Shown here in pieces: positions 61,751-64,000 of a stretch of DNA of 64,000 nucleotides (position 1 is the first letter of the stretch; every line of letters starts with the position of its first letter). The notes below the pieces were generated by a model. The model saw nothing but the letters and a program-made list of their open reading frames with translations. It was not told where the DNA came from and made no database searches. The translations under genes and the position numbers were made by a program. The stretch comes from Tubiluchus corallicola (taxonomy: Eukaryota > Animalia > Priapulida). The DNA is taken from assembly GCA_030141605.1 (NCBI GenBank), contig JAQGDQ010000542.1, positions 62,001-126,000 on the forward strand. Direction: 5' to 3'.

Positions 61751-62493
61751 TTTGTGCCAGCTTTCACACTGGAAACTGATACACAGACAAACTGATATAC
61801 TACATTTCTAGTTCGACAACGAAGTGGTAGAAGTTCAAATTGATGTATCACTGAACTGTCTCCTTTTAAGAATTTGTTTTGCCTCTTTCAAAACAACAGT
61901 CCTTAGGTCAGATTTCGAGGAAAATTTGAAGTTAATTTTCTGAACATATTACAAAGTGCCAAAGTGTTAAGCAGCATAACCAGTATTGCCTGTTCTAATG
62001 TTAATCTACAGGGTATTTACCTACAGGTTCAAAAACAGCTAAATTCGAATGTCACGTATGATTTTCGTGTTGTAATTAAATTATTTTATTGATTAGTAAA
62101 TCATTGTGACTTGAATTATGATGCAATAAAATCATAACTGGCAATAATAACAGTATTGTTTCATTTTTTTGACTTAACAGCTTTAAAGGAGAATTTTTTA
62201 TGATTTTTTATACCTACCCCATTTTGAAGTATGGTAAAAAGTATACATTTTAATGCCAATAACATTGCAAAAGCATTTCTGATAATTAAATAATAGGTAA
62301 AAATCTTATTTAATAGTGGGCGAGCTCAATCATTTGATGACATCACAAACAAACATAACTTTCAACAACAAAAATGTTCCATGAGTTTTTGTTACACATG
62401 TTTGCAATAGTGAAAATTGAATTACAGCACTACTGTAAAAGGTTCAGTGTTGTGCTAAAACTCAGTAAGTTGTATGATAAAAATTCAAATTTA

Positions 62494-62760
62494 CTGCTAT
62501 GCTGTCGAAAGCGTGCAGTTCATCACAAACTAACACATCTGAACTGAGAGGTACAGCACCTATTTCTGTGCACTGCATTTCAGAAGTGCAGGTGCTAGTG
62601 CCCGTCTAACTAGTGAATGGCGAACATTACCGCTATGCTGTCGAAAGCGTGTAGTTTATCACAAACTAACACATCTGAACTGAGAAGTACAGCACCTATT
62701 TCTGTGCAGTGCATTTCAGATGTGCAGGTGCTAGTGCCCGTCTAACTAGTGAATGGCGAA
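62494..62760 (+). repeat. Direct tandem duplication of about 135 bp
   Basis: gctatgctgtcgaaagcgtg..ctagtgaatggcgaa occurs twice. Confidence 0.88.
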
Positions 62761-64000
62761 ATGTATGTAGCAGCAAAAATCTAGTGGCACGAATGAGAAA
62801 TTGTGCTTGTGTGGTAATAATTCTTTCACGCAAGTCATTTTTGACAAAATAGTGTGTTTCTTTATAATATTTTAAACAGTAGATTGTTTTGACCTACAAT
62901 TTAAGAATGGGTCTGGTTTTCCTTTAAAAGAGCAGGATGATGATGTTGTTGGTGGTGACAGCTGCAGTGGTGGTGTGTGTCTTAATGTTGAGGGTTGCGA
63001 TGCAAACAATAATGCTCTGTAGTTTTACATTTCCAGTTTAATTGTAATAATAGCAAATTAATTATAATTAGTTAGACACAGATCATTATTACTCTCACTA
63101 TAACCTCAAAATTCCATAGCAGCATTTTCATGACCTCCCCCCAGACAGCTTGTCCGTTGAGTTACGAACAGCACACAGCAGTATTCAGCGTAAGTTACGC
63201 TGGAAGAGAGTAATCACAGCTACACAGCTACAGATAAACTTCTTTGTACCGCCTACTGTACTTGGCACTGCATTGTTGTGAGTTTGGCATTATATCGACG
63301 TACATTAATACGTGCAAGTCTATGCAAATATAGATATTTTGTTTTGCCAAAATTTTGGGCATTGAGCGAGTTTGGCATTATATATCATTTTTATTCGTAC
63401 TCGTGGTACAATCACAACAAATAAACAAAGAGATCAACAAGCAAAATAACTTTAATTAACAAGATTAGCAAGCAATGTGAAAGGGGGTTATAACAAGGTT
63501 TGACTATACAGTGATTTGCCCATTGAGCCACAAGCAATACTGATATATACCATTTATTGTATATACCATTATTACCATTAATATACCGTGCACCATTATT
63601 TAGCCGAATCTCCACAAGCCACTCTTCCTACCCTTTTGAACATTCTTTTATCCATCACATCTATCCTTACTTTGCACAACTCTTTTTTTTAAATTGCCTA
63701 AAAACCTTCGTTTTTTTTTTGTTCTTTTTTTCTCATTATTTCGACGTGTTTATAATGGTGCAAGTACCTAACAAGTTTTACTTCTGGTTCTTGCCATTTA
63801 TTATATGCACGCTGTCATATAATCATTATTATTAATATCTATTTTTTCCCAGTGTTTCTTGATATTGTATTTGTATTTACACTTCCAAATAAATTTATTA
63901 TTATTATTATTTCTATGGGTGTACTCGCTTTAAAATCGCGAGTTAATATAGATTAGAATGGTGACTAATAACTATATAAGAAGTTTAGCTTGTACTGATT

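Overview
AT-rich, intron-rich animal DNA, probably invertebrate (inference); no prokaryotic features. I assembled three spliced genes by hand with consistent GT-AG boundaries and exon phases. (1) The last 7 exons of a voltage-gated Ca2+ channel alpha2-delta subunit (CACNA2D family, +, 601-6238). (2) A complete NCKIPSD/SPIN90/WISH gene (-, 9 coding exons, 10498-21610, 667 aa). (3) A complete TUBGCP6 (gamma-tubulin complex component 6) gene (+, 24 coding exons, 27696-60167, 1875 aa), head-to-head with NCKIPSD. Introns hold MITEs (TTAA/Kolobok-like, TA/Tc1-pogo-like, hAT-like), RTE-type LINE remnants, a BEL/Pao fragment, SINE-like heads and many minisatellites. Two things stand out. (A) Tandem arrays whose unit is the exon end plus the GT donor and first intron bases sit at 4 of the 37 coding donors I modelled. 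A similar array is seeded on the TUBGCP6 stop codon. Three further donor-containing repeats point to possible cryptic exons or an exon just outside the window. No modelled acceptor is amplified this way. (B) An intact NCKIPSD exon with its flanks was copied about 19 kb away into a TTAA MITE in a TUBGCP6 intron, giving a Pack-like composite element. Homology calls rest on my recollection of the vertebrate protein sequences, not on database searches, and identity values are estimates by eye.
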